Source: Craspedostauros australis (Eukaryota). Taken from it: a stretch of 55,598 nucleotides of DNA. Within the stretch, counting starts at the first letter, position 1. Every line of letters starts with the position of its first letter. Positions 42,803 through 55,598 of the stretch are shown piece after piece. Both the position numbers and the translations under genes were made by a program. The notes under the pieces were generated by a model that was not told where the DNA came from, searched no databases, and worked only from the letters and a program-made list of their open reading frames with translations. The stretch lies in contig JALAGF010006116.1 of NCBI GenBank assembly GCA_030167865.1, positions 1-55,598 on the forward strand. The letters run 5' to 3'.

Positions 42803-45800
42803 CTATATCGCACCGAGGATTACCATCTCAGGATGGAAGCGCACGCTCTTCCCCGATGCATTCGATTGGCTGCGTTTGTCATGTTTCGCGAAAGAGCTCG
42901 CCTTTTTCAGTGTCTTGATTGGTGGCGGTCTGGGCCTTCCTTTCATCCGTGCCACCGGCTTGTCAGCACCATTGGCTTCGCCTTGCTCCTGCCCATCCTT
43001 CAGCACCGGTGGAGGCGCTGTTGGCTGCACCAGGAAGGAAAGCCATCCCGTGATCATGATCCAGTGGAACATGTTGAGGTTCATGGATGCATCGATGCCG
43101 GCATGCATGACAAACGCCAGCAGCAAGCCCATTGCTCTCGTGCGCTTCATCCACAGCATCGTGGGGACCACGAGTTGGATGGCGATGGTGAAGTAGGTCA
43201 GGAATGCGAGTGGCCGATGGTACTGATACAGCCAGTCGGGATTGAAGTACCCGCCGTACATATCATCCAGCTGGACCACGACTTGCATGGCGGTCCCGTT
43301 TCGCCAAGCTGGACCAGACAGCTTGCAGACAGTGGATGATATGAAGATGAGACACATCTCCAATTGAACTAGGCGGAATGGCCACTGTGATTGCGATGTT
43401 ACAAAAAAGAAGAGGTCAAGTTGTGGATTGGATTGGGTGGATGCAAGCGAAGCATCATGAAACAAAGCAGGTGCATGCGTATGCGTGTGGGTGTTAGCAA
43501 AGACCTCTCAGTTGCAAAAAATACATTTGAGTTGAATGGATGTCATGGACACCATGAGGAATCACAACAGAACAGGACTTACCATCGGCCATGTCTTGTC
43601 TTGCTCCTCCTCCAACTCTTCTTCCAGTCCCATGCTTCCGAAGCTACCGAGACTGCCCATGCTGATACTCTCCATGCTGCTCTTCTTCTTGTAGTTCATC
43701 TTTTTGCTGTGGCTGGTGTTAGTCTTTGGGCTCTTCGCGCCGTTGCGGATCTCGGCCTCCTTCTCTTCGAGCCAATCAAACACGCTCCCCGTGTTGTTTG
43801 GGAAGAAGATCATCAAGAAGGAAATGATACGGAAGACCGTATCTTCGCCATTCCACAGGATGTCGGTGTAGTTCTGCACGTTGATGTGCCAGAAGAAGAT
43901 GGAGATTGCCTGGAATCGCGGCGCGATGCCCATTGCCAGCAACACGGTCTGGAGCAGGAAGATGTTGATGCTGATGCCGAACAAGATCGCGGCAATGTCG
44001 TCGTTGGAGATGTAGGAGAAGATGGTGAACGCATGCAGTGGAGTGGTCTGCACTCCCTTCGATATCGGCATGGCCGCCAGGTAGAAATTGAGGCTCAGCG
44101 AAAGGATGAAGATGTTGATGAAGACCGTCACGGCGAAGCACGTGCGCACGATGACTGCCGAACGTAGATCATCCGTGCGGCTATGGAAGAAGTTGTTCCA
44201 CCGTTCTGCAACTTGATGGAACGGACCCTTAGCATCATTTCCGGCAGATTTGGACTGCACTGTCGATATCTCGGTGATTGGCATTGCCTCCCTTGCTTTG
44301 TTGTCGCCGGATGTCTCTGTCTGCGTGTTTGGTGCCGTGACTGCGTCGGCGTTCGCATCTGCGACTGCTGCTGTAGCCGATTCCTGCGCCGTGGGATCGG
44401 CCGCTGATGGCGCTGATCTGGGCTTGGTCTGCACCGCGTCGTCTTGCTTGACGGTAACTTTTGTCGTCTCCTTATCGTACAGCAGAGTAGCCTCGTCGTC
44501 TGGCTGGATCAAGAAGCTTGACCATGCCAGTAGCATCATGTAATGGAAGGCGTTGAGGTTCATGGAGGTGTCGATACCGAGATGAAACATCGCCAAGATC
44601 GCAAGCGTGGGCTTGCGCGTGGCCTTGAACCATACCGTGAACGGTGCGACCACTTCCAACACCAGCGTCATGTAGGTCAGCGCCGTCAATGATCGGTCGT
44701 ACCCGAACAGAAAGTCCGGGTTGAAGACCCCGCCGAACACATCGTCGAGCTGGACGATGAGGTGCATTGCAGAGCCGTCCACCCATCGCTGTCCTGCGAG
44801 CTTGTGGATGGCGGAGCACAGGAACATCAGCGAGACGTGCATCTGCATCAGGCGGAATGGCCACTGCGTTGTTGCGAGTGTGAGCAGTGCAGTCCAGTGC
44901 AGTTTGCAGATCATTGCATATGTGGCCGTTTTTATGAAGATATCAATACAGCGAGGATCGCAGCACCGGCGCGAAATGAGAGGTGGGAGGGTTCGTACAG
45001 ACGAGCAGAGGGATGTTGTGTGAGATGGAAATTCCAAGAACGAATGATGCACCCGACGAAGACGTGGAGACAACCAAATGCCCAATTGAAACCGCAAACA
45101 GGCCAAAGTCCCAAGACGCGCAGCCAACAAGGCATCAAGACACCCTGGCGTGGCCTCGCTGTACCTCACAGCAGCAGCAGCAGCAACAAACACAACGACA
45201 ACAAACAACATTTGCGGCACCGTGCAGTGACAGACTTACCATTGGCCAACTCCGCGAGACAGCTGACAACGATGACGATCGCGATGCATCCTTCGAACTG
45301 CGCTTTGAGCTGCGACTCTTGCGTCCTGGCCGTTGTGATTCCTGACTTTGATTCTTGCTGAACACGTCGAACATGTTGACGGTTGTGGGGAAGAAGATGA
45401 CGAAGAAGGAAATCATCCTCGACATCGTGTCTTCTCCAAACCAGATGACGTCGTTCCAACACGCCAGGCTGTACAGCCACGCGAAGGTGGAGACGGCGTT
45501 GAAGCGAGGGAAGACGCCCAAGCCCGACAGGGAGAGCTGCGACATCATGATCCAGAGCATGAACCTCCTGTATGGGATGACATTGTCGGACTCATCCGAA
45601 ATCATTGCAAACAGAGTCCATGTGTTGGGATAGCGCTCGCGACTCACGTGTGTCGGCAGAACCTTTGTGTAGAAGTCAAAGTCAAGAATCACCGTCAGTA
45701 GACCGGCCAAGGCCACGATGGAGTGCAGGAAGCGGAGAACCGCTGCACCCCGCAGGTTGGTGGTCCTGGCATGAAAGAATACCTCCCATTGCGACTTGTT

Positions 45801-46724
45801 CGCGTATGCCTTGTGTGCGATGATGGCGGCGTCCATACGCCCTGTCCGGCTGCGGCTCCTGTGCCGTCTGCTTCTGCTGCTGCTTCGCTTACCGTGGCGC
45901 CTCCCCTTCCTGCGGCTGCCCTTTGTCATGCTGTCGTCCTCGCTGCTGCTGATGCTTCCCGTCCCTCCGCTGCCTTCGCTGTCTGTCGTCTTGCCTGTGG
46001 AGGAATCTAATGGGACGACGTCTGAGCTGCTGGCGCTGTCCACGAGTAGAACTTTTCCGAGAATTCCCTGGAGAGAGTTGACTCGAGGCGCTTCCCGAGA
46101 AGCCAGTGATACTTTTCCTGGGGAGGAACGGGAGGAATCGTTTTGTCCTTGTGGCTTTCCTTCATCACCTCGTTTGGCGCGAAGATCTTTCGCCATCGTC
46201 GGTGGAGATGAACTGTATGTGGATACAGCGTCTTTCGAACCGAGCGTCGAGACTCTGTCTGAGTCGAGGGATCCGACGCTTCGGTGACCACCTCGACGTC
46301 GACGACCAGGGCTTCTGTGCTTGCCAAATACTCGGCGAAAGGCTGCCAGAGGACGCGATTTTTGTTTAGTCTCATTTGATCGAAGTAATCCATCATCCTT
46401 GCCAGCCTCTTCTTTTCCGTCCAGTGCATTTCGCTCCACCGAGGGCTCTCGTACTCCTTTTCGAACTCTTGACCTGTTTCGTCGTCTCTGTAGAGGAGCT
46501 GCCCTGTGACTCGAATCCGACGGCTTACCGGGTTCGGAGAGAATAGAGACCACTGACCCTGCCACAGACCCACCCGATCGAGGATTTCGTACACGTTTTG
46601 TTGGATGGGATCCAGCGCCTTCAGCGGTCCTACCATAGGACACGTGTCGATCAGAAACAATGCTATGATCGCCATCAGGAAGAGATCCGTTGCGAGACGC
46701 TGCATCTTTGCGGAGCTTGGCCAT
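42803..46724 (-). CDS. Tandem double-HTTM membrane protein (SdpB/LinG/vitamin-K-dependent carboxylase-like; 1115 aa, 3 exons)
   Basis: Exons 46724-45240, 44863-43583 and 43384-42803, all phase 0, GTAAGT..CAG. Two repeats of LR.A.(V/I).R...G..PRF...IW/LW.GEDT..R.ISF..IFFP...WPMWPFRL.Q...KL.G..W..G.AM...QLDD..GG.FNPD...H.GID.SMNLN.FH. Confidence 0.88.
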
Positions 46725-46732
46725 GATTTCAT
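46007..46732 (-). CDS. SdpA/DUF5819/LinL-like HTTM partner protein (241 aa), overlapping the HTTM gene in another frame
   Basis: First ATG after an AUG-free CA-rich leader. N-terminal hydrophobic anchor (LFLMAIIALFLID), GLWQGQWSLFSPNP motif, SPRWSEMHW..KKRLARMMDYFD...LWQPFAEYLA; globular amino-acid composition. Confidence 0.8.
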   Translation of the reverse strand: MKSWPSSAKMQRLATDLFLMAIIALFLIDTCPMVGPLKALDPIQQNVYEILDRVGLWQGQWSLFSPNPVSRRIRVTGQLLYRDDETGQEFEKEYESPRWSEMHWTEKKRLARMMDYFDQMRLNKNRVLWQPFAEYLASTEALVVDVEVVTEASDPSTQTESRRSVRKTLYPHTVHLHRRWRKIFAPNEVMKESHKDKTIPPVPPQEKYHWLLGKRLESTLSREFSEKFYSWTAPAAQTSSH

Positions 46733-46849
46733 TTTTTGTTCTCTGGTTGTGGCTGTGGTTGTGATTGCGGCTGTGGTTGCGGCTGTGTTCCTTTTCTTTT
46801 TATGACTGAGTTCTGTCTACCGTTTGAATTTGTTCGTTGTGTTGTGTGT

Positions 46850-46894
46850 GTTGTATGGTGTGCGTTGTATGGTGTGCGTTGTATGGTGTGCGTT
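46850..46894. repeat. 14-bp tandem repeat (GTTGTATGGTGTGC)x3 upstream of the dual-coding locus
   Basis: Three perfect copies plus GTT, read directly. Confidence 0.9.
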
Positions 46895-48110
46895 TGCGTG
46901 AAGTGTCAGCGACGCGAATGTTGAAATGCCCTGGATTCTCGCAGGAGAGACGGCGATGATTGTGTGCTATCCTTACCTGTCGTCGTTGCGGGTGTAGTAT
47001 GATTGGGAATTACCGTGGAGGCTGTTGCAGAAGTATGTACGACCACGAGTATTGGCGTTGTCGAGAGTGCCGCAATGGCTGAGCTGCTGCTGCGAGGTCA
47101 GATTTTGTGTTTCGAGAGAGTTCCCCAGCGATACTTTGGGTTGCGAAACAAGGTGTTCGGTTGTTGTGATGCTGCGTGATGTTCTGTTCGATGTTGCATG
47201 CAGTGTGCGCCTGTCTCGATCTCGTCTTCTTGGTCCCCCTTGATCGTTGTTCACTGATTTATGGCGTTGGACTGAATTCGTTGCTGCTCTTTGTACCCGT
47301 GTCGCTGTTTCCGTCGTCGCCAAAGAAGTTAACACGTTCCGGCTCTCCTCTTCCTTGCGCGTTCTTTCCCGAGTCGAGCGTCCGTTGCCAAAAATGAAGG
47401 CACGCGCTTCTTTCTTCTTCGCTCTGGTGCCACAACGACCTTTTGTACCGGACTATGTCATCTCCTCTGACTAAGTTATCGCTGACGTGAGCGCTATTAT
47501 GACATTTTCTATGTTTCCACCGACTTCTTCACGAGTACATAGTGCAGAAACGGTTCTCCTGTACACGGACTGCTATAAGTACTAACGACGAACCAGGTGG
47601 ATGAGAAGGCATAAACTTGCCAAAATGACAGCCAATCATATCCTTCGCGGATGACTCCTGCGTGGCATGATTTAATGAAAGCAGCTGGCTCACTCGCTTG
47701 TTGGCCATACATACAGCTCCGTTTGTCCGTCGAAGACATATTTTGGTCCGTGGATCACATTCCCACGAATCCGCCTGTCTGTTCGTCCATCCGTACAGAT
47801 GCATTCCCGGTCACCCATGAGAAAAACATGAAACGCCACGAACACGAGCCAACCGCTAACAAGTCACAAGGACGGTCGTATTCAATCTCGCTAATCCTGG
47901 TCAGGCGACTGGATCGCAACCCACCGAATTGTGTCACAACATCGCCCTTGCTGAGCAGCGCGCCACTCTCTCTCTGGACATCCATGGGATTTCACGCGAG
48001 CAGATGTTTCTCAACGTGGATGCTTTGGACCTGAGACTGCGAAACGATGAACACGGGGGCAGGCGTGCCAGTCGCCATCTCATGACCGAGAGCACAATGG
48101 ATCCAAGAAG

Positions 48111-50133
<2,023 letters not shown>

Positions 50134-50784
50134 ATCATCCCAACGATATGAGTTTGCATTTGTAGAGTGGAGTCGAGGAGAGTGCATGGGAGCAAGTGCA
50201 GCTCTGAGCTGACGAACAGAAAGAAAGGATGCTCAAATCGTACTACTCTACAGCGCATTGTGGAGAGCCGCAGCGCGGATTGTCCTATGATGGTGCAACT
50301 GGATCTGTCAGTGACTTCCCCAGGAGAATGTGTGCTATCTCCATTGCTTGACGTTGGCTTGCACACGCTTGGGCATGAACTACGAGTCCTGTTATGCATG
50401 CTAACTGCACAAGTCGTCCTCTGTCTGGAGAGAGAGAAGCAGAGCATGCTCGCGGCAGCCTGTGGTTTATGATTGCTGATTTGTTCATGCGCTTGTGCTG
50501 TACGCTATGTGAGTTGAGTCCGAATGTGTTTGCATGCTTGGCCCTTTCACACGAGCATCTGAAGGATCGCCCAAGGGATTGATTGGGCTGATGTACAGTA
50601 GCTGTTTGTGTTGCTGTTTGCTATTGCAGTTGTTGCTTTTGCTTCCTTGGCATTGGATGAGATGCTGGCGATGCACATCGAATGCCGCCGTCTTCACATG
50701 TCCGCAGAATCATGAAGCTAAGGTAGCGGAGCAGACCAGGGCAGAGTGGCTCTGCTTACCGCTTTGCCACGACGCATGCCGGAC

Positions 50785-53551
50785 TTACGGATCCGCCTTC
50801 GATTTCAGCTCCTCCTTCTGAATGTCCAAAAACGACGTCTTTCCTGAAGCCTCTGCTGGTTTGCTGGCTGCCCAGGTGAACTTGGGGGCGGAGGTGGCCT
50901 GGGCAGTCATTTGCTGCGTCATGAGCACTGGTGGCACATCGGCCATGGCGCTCCCTCCGTACATGGGTGGCTTTTGTTGCTTTGGTGGTGGCGAGAGGGA
51001 GAGCATGCCATCTTCGACAATGGAGTTGAGACGCTCACCGTTTGGAATCTCCAATGCGGTTATGCAAGCGGGAATGCCCTGGAAGTAGGATGGGGCGATG
51101 GGTGAAAGCTCCTCGGCAGCTCGTGCGAGGTTGTATGCCTCCACACGCGCAATGAGAGTGTCGAACATGGTACTTGCATCTGATGTGGAACGCTCGATGG
51201 CTTCCTTGTCATCGCTGATACGGTGCTCCAGCTTCTCAATCCTCTGCTCCATCTGCCCAATGGTCGTTGTCATCCCCAGCCCTTCAAGGGCAGCAATTTC
51301 CAGTTTCTGTTGCATCGCACATCAGGGCATACAGTAGAGGATGGCTCAAGTGCACGCGACGAATGCCAACCAGACGACATTGTTGGTTCCAAGATGGCGT
51401 GCGTGATAGACGTACGGGTAGAACACAGAGTAATCCATAGTGGCAGTGTGAGTGGATGAACGTGAGAGTATGATGAGTAAACAAAAAAGGCAACGTTGCA
51501 TCGAGGGCGTGCGGCATCGCACAGCACAGCACAACGCATCACGCAGCAACACATGAGTATCAAGCATATTGTTGTGCTGTGCTGTGTTGTGTTGAAACGT
51601 GACGTACCATTTGCCCAATCTCTGTCTCGGTTGTTTCGATGCGTGTCTTCAACCCAGCCACAAATTCAGACTCCGCAACCAAGTAATCCCGTGCATGATG
51701 CACGAACATGGCCATTCTGTTGGACACGATCGTGGGAAGAGCTTCGTTGGCCGTGTCAAGGACTGGCTTGCTGGGAGATGTGGCGGCCTGAACGGCTCCA
51801 TCCAAGGTATCGTCGTACGACTTGAGCATGTCGACCAGGCTGGTGAGGGAGTTGCCGAACTTGGCTGCCTTCTGCTTCTCCTCCATGGTGGAGGACAAGG
51901 ATTCCATCTCCACATTGTGGCTTGCCGTCGCGGTATCGATCTCCGATTGCAAGTCAAACACCTTGGCTGTGAGTTCGGCATCATAAATCTCTAGCTTCTC
52001 GATGCTGAGCTTGAGCTCGGTGATGCGGCTGGCGATGGCCTGGCGTTCCTTCGTGAATTCGTCGAGCTCCTCGCGCTTTTGCTTGATGTCATCCGTATCT
52101 GTGGCCTGGACCTTGTCCTTGAGGGCGTTGTACTCCGAACGAGCTTGCTCGATCTGCTTCTTCCCGTCGCTACCCACGAGAGCCACGAGGATGTCAGGCT
52201 TTGTCAATTCAACTTCGCGATGGGTATCGGCAGCGGCCGTAGAGAATCCATTTTCAGCCGCGGCGGCAGATGACAAGGTGGAGAATGCCATGCGTGCCAC
52301 CATGGACGCCTTCTTGGCAGCCGATTGGTTCATGTCACGGGTCGAGGTGAGGGCGGCCACAGATGGAGCAGTGCTGCTTCCGTTGCTGGACGCGGCGAGC
52401 GATTTGACAATCTTCTCGATGTCATCCTGCAGACGTTGGATGTTGCCGCTGCCGCCGGCAAGAGCGAGCTTGGCCTCATCCACGGCGACTGCGATCCGGG
52501 AGACAAGGAACTTTGCCAACCGAGGGCCGAAGTCGTCGCTTGTGGTTGTGGTGGTGAACAGTTTGCGTGCGAATCTGAGGCAGGACTCCATGGAGACCTT
52601 GGTGGATGCAAGACCCTCTGGCGTGAGCCCTGCCTTTTGCAGGATGCTGAAAACGAGGCGTGACATCGCCGGGACGATGAATGACTCGAACTTCTCGCTG
52701 TCATGGTCATCCGTGATGGCTCTTGCGAACACGGTCGACAATGCCTTCGTCTTTGTTCCAGCGCAAAACTCATCAAGCTGGAATGTGATGGTGGAGTGGT
52801 GATTGCGGACATTGTGGCAACGATGGCGTGATGTGGCATTGCAGAATTAGAAATGAGGATCGAAATGGTGAGTGGAATACAAACGTCAGTACAAACACCA
52901 GTACAAACACCATCCCAACATACAACCGCACATGATCGCATACAATCGCACGTAATCGGAGATGCGATGACCTACCTCGTGAGTTTTGGCAGCCTTCTCC
53001 ACCCATTGCGTCAAAGCAAAGGCTGCGTCGGCAAGGTTTTCGAATCCTGCCACAAGATCCAACCTCGCGGCCATGCTGATCGGTGCGGCCGCCGGCGCTG
53101 GAGCGGCAGCAGTCGGCTCGGCCGTCTCCTCAACCTCGTTCTCTTCCGGCGCGGCATCAGCTGCAGCAGGTGTGGCGGCTTCGTCATCCTCGGTGGCATC
53201 GGCAGCCTTGGCCTCCGTGGCAGCTGGCTTGCCGCTGGCCTTCAAAAACGCCAGCACGGCATCGTACTGATCGTAGGCCATGTCCAGATCCCACATGTCA
53301 TTCATGGCCTTGTCGATCTGGTCGCCTTCGAAGCCCTCGGCCATGAGCTTGTCGCGCATGAGGTTGTGCGCATTGAGGCCGTTGGATTGGGCCGCCGCAG
53401 CAGGCTGCTGGTTCTGCTGCTTCTTCTGATCGGAGTCATCCTGCTGTTGCTTGGCAGCGTTGGCCTTCTTCTTCTTTTTGCGGTTGCGCTTTTTCTTGTT
53501 GGCTGCCGATGCGGCAGTGTTGTTGTTCTGCGCCTTCTCGTCTGCTGGCAT
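50785..53551 (-). CDS. Hypothetical protein with N-terminal UBA-like helix bundle, coiled coil and C-terminal SFLDIQKEE motif (about 755 aa, 3 exons)
   Basis: Exons 53551-52976, 52777-51608 and 51306-50785 join in phase 0. KKKRNRKKKKK basic stretch; DKLMAEGFEGDQIDKAM is UBA-like. Confidence 0.7.
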
Positions 53552-54489
53552 ATTGGATGTTCGTTGTGTTGTTGTTGTGTTGTGCTGTGTTGTGTTGTTG
53601 TGTTGTTACGTTGTTGTGACTGTTGTCTCGGATTTGTCACGTTGTTGTCACGTTGTTGTCTCGGATTTGTCAGGAGGCAGTTGGAGGATCGGATCTCTTG
53701 ATTCAGGAGATGCTCGCTTGCTTGCTTGGTGCTGTTGCTGATGCTATTGCTGATGCTGATGCTAATGTTGTGGTTGTACTAGTACATGTACTGGGTTGGG
53801 CCTATCATAAGTGACAAGAGTATGATCAGAGAGGCACGGTTGCTGCGATGGGTCCGCAATGAAGATCGGTGGGTGGGTGAGTGGGCTGTGTGTGTTTGTG
53901 CGTCTCCTTGCTGCGGACAACGATCTACTCCTTGCCCTTGCTGTCGCAGCCGCACGGATAGGTCCTACTCGCTGTACTCTCGGATCCGTGAGGATTCTTG
54001 GGGAAGTTTGCCGATACGAACACTTACCTGCCAGATCATTGGCGAAAATCACTCCGAGAGCACGCGCGTGATGCGTTGCGCGACCGAAGAGAAAGGAATC
54101 AAACGGAATGTGGCCCTTCGTGTGGCGTAGCACCAGTATCGATGACCGACAATGACTTCGCTTTGATTGGTCGGTTGTCACGATGTCTTTCATTCGTGGA
54201 TGTGATCGACATGCGGGACAAAATTTCAAAATTGAATCATGAGCCACACTACATTCACGATTGAGTGGTTTCACGTGACTGACGCACATCACAAGAAAAG
54301 AACAACACGCGACGGAACCAATCCTCTCCATCGTCACCACAACCGCACTCACACGAGTTACGCTTACTCCAACCAACACCAACGTCCATCTCACAATTCA
54401 CACCTCCGTCCAGACGTTGGCACAGACACCCATACTCGTACCATACATGCTCTTGAGAAACGAAACAGCTGCAGAGTAATACGATTTGA

Positions 54490-55598
54490 ATGATTGCGAC
54501 ACAACATGCCGTCTTGCGACGAGCAGCAGCACAGGTTTCGGTCACTCAGCTTCCTCCGATTGCGACCAGACGGGCAATCATTGGTGTGAGCGGAGCAAGA
54601 GCTTCCAAGAACCTTCGTTTCCGCTCGGCATCGTCTCTCCAAGCGTTCACACCCATCACAGCCTCGTTCAACGCGTCCAACTTTTCTTCTCATGCAAACA
54701 GAACTGCAGCCGTGACACAGTCCACCACTTCAGCACCAGCATCTACACCAACACCAGTAACGGACGGAACATGCAACTCGCCACCCAATCAATTTCAGCC
54801 ATACTCCGTTGTTGGCAAGAAGCAGATCAGCCCCGATTCCTGCGTGCTGGAATTCGCGCTGCCGAATGGCAGAGAGTACTTGGGATACGATGCCGAATTA
54901 CCCACCTGCATGGGTGTCGAATACAACAATCCAGCTGAACCAGACGAAAGGATCTTGAGGAAGTCCTATTCTCCCGTTTCGCATCCTTCCCAAGCCAACA
55001 CCTTCGATCTGCTGGTCAAGGCGTACACGCCACGTCCTGGAGGCGGAGTGGGTGACTACCTGTGCAACCTCGAGGTGGGACATTCCATCATGGCCATTGT
55101 CAAGAAGCCAAGGCAGGTGCATGGTTCGCCAGTGGTGGAAGGACGTTGGAAGCACGTGGGGTTGGTCGGCGGCGGTACGGGCATTGCGCCGTTGTATCAG
55201 CTGTTGGTGATCCTGCTCGAGGAGGAGACCAAGGAGGGACAGTCGCCCACCAAGATCTCCGTGCTCAGCATCAACCGTCATGCGGAGGACATCCTCATGA
55301 AACCAGAGCTGGATGAATTGGCACGCAAGTATCCGGATCGTGTCAGCGTCACGTACTCGCTCACTGGCGAAAAGCCCGACGATATGGCGGCTCTCGATGA
55401 TAATAGCAGCCAGTCTGATTCGCCAATCCAAATGGCGAAGGGCCGCGGCGATGTGGAGATGGCGAAGATGGCACTGCCAAAACCAGGGAACGGTGACGGT
55501 ACGACGATGGTGTTTGTCTGTGGCAAGGATGGATTCGTCTCCACGTGGGGCGGTCCGGTCATGCGAGCCGATCCACCACCCGGTGCAAAGAAGGGTCC
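54490..55598 (+). CDS. NADH-cytochrome b5 reductase-like FAD/NAD oxidoreductase, probably mitochondrial, 3'-truncated by the window
   Basis: Not in the ORF track because it has no stop. Frame open from ATG 54490 (MIATQHAVLRRAAAQ..., R/S/A-rich presequence); motifs RKSYSP, FDLLVKAY, VGGGTGIAPLYQ, VFVCGKDGF. Confidence 0.88.
   Translation, partial: MIATQHAVLRRAAAQVSVTQLPPIATRRAIIGVSGARASKNLRFRSASSLQAFTPITASFNASNFSSHANRTAAVTQSTTSAPASTPTPVTDGTCNSPPNQFQPYSVVGKKQISPDSCVLEFALPNGREYLGYDAELPTCMGVEYNNPAEPDERILRKSYSPVSHPSQANTFDLLVKAYTPRPGGGVGDYLCNLEVGHSIMAIVKKPRQVHGSPVVEGRWKHVGLVGGGTGIAPLYQLLVILLEEETKEGQSPTKISVLSINRHAEDILMKPELDELARKYPDRVSVTYSLTGEKPDDMAALDDNSSQSDSPIQMAKGRGDVEMAKMALPKPGNGDGTTMVFVCGKDGFVSTWGGPVMRADPPPGAKKG

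Noticed and set aside
46007..46130. Possible -1 frameshift fusing the SdpA-like ORF to the HTTM frame
   Set aside because: No canonical X_XXY_YYZ heptamer seen near the end of the overlap, and frame 2 has its own strong-context AUG; not excluded experimentally.
53621..53673. 19-bp direct repeat TGTTGTCTCGGATTTGTCA x2
   Set aside because: Only two copies in a GT-rich leader; a local slippage duplication, not a CRISPR array or mobile element.

Overview
Eukaryotic nuclear DNA, most likely from a diatom: GT-AG introns, ASAFAP-type plastid presequences, CA-rich leaders and a CoDi-like Ty1/copia element. The first 6.5 kb hold a young copia LTR retrotransposon. Its gag and pol are linked by a G_GAU_UUU -1 frameshift site plus hairpin, pol carries a PDZ-like insert, and the 5' LTR is cut at a TAA, possibly by a second element. 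About 17 host genes follow: a secreted RXL-type protein, an apparently catalytically dead JmjC/zinc-finger protein, an ankyrin/coiled-coil protein, zeta-carotene desaturase, a split degenerate SSAT-like GNAT, a TAT-targeted PsbQ-like/KOW protein, a hypothetical protein, an aldo-keto reductase, a Rid-family protein, an SP-RING SUMO ligase, a PUFA elongase, a RETICULATA-like protein, a UBA-like/coiled-coil protein and a truncated cytochrome b5 reductase-like gene. The most striking feature is a dual-coding locus on the minus strand (42803-46732). Two AUGs 8 nt apart open different frames of the same 718 nt. One frame encodes a 241-aa SdpA/DUF5819/LinL-like protein. The other encodes the disordered N-terminal extension of a 1115-aa protein with two tandem HTTM (SdpB/LinG/vitamin-K carboxylase-like) domains. 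This looks like a bacterial two-gene partner system compressed into one eukaryotic mRNA, probably read by leaky scanning. All family assignments are from motif recognition by eye, not database searches.
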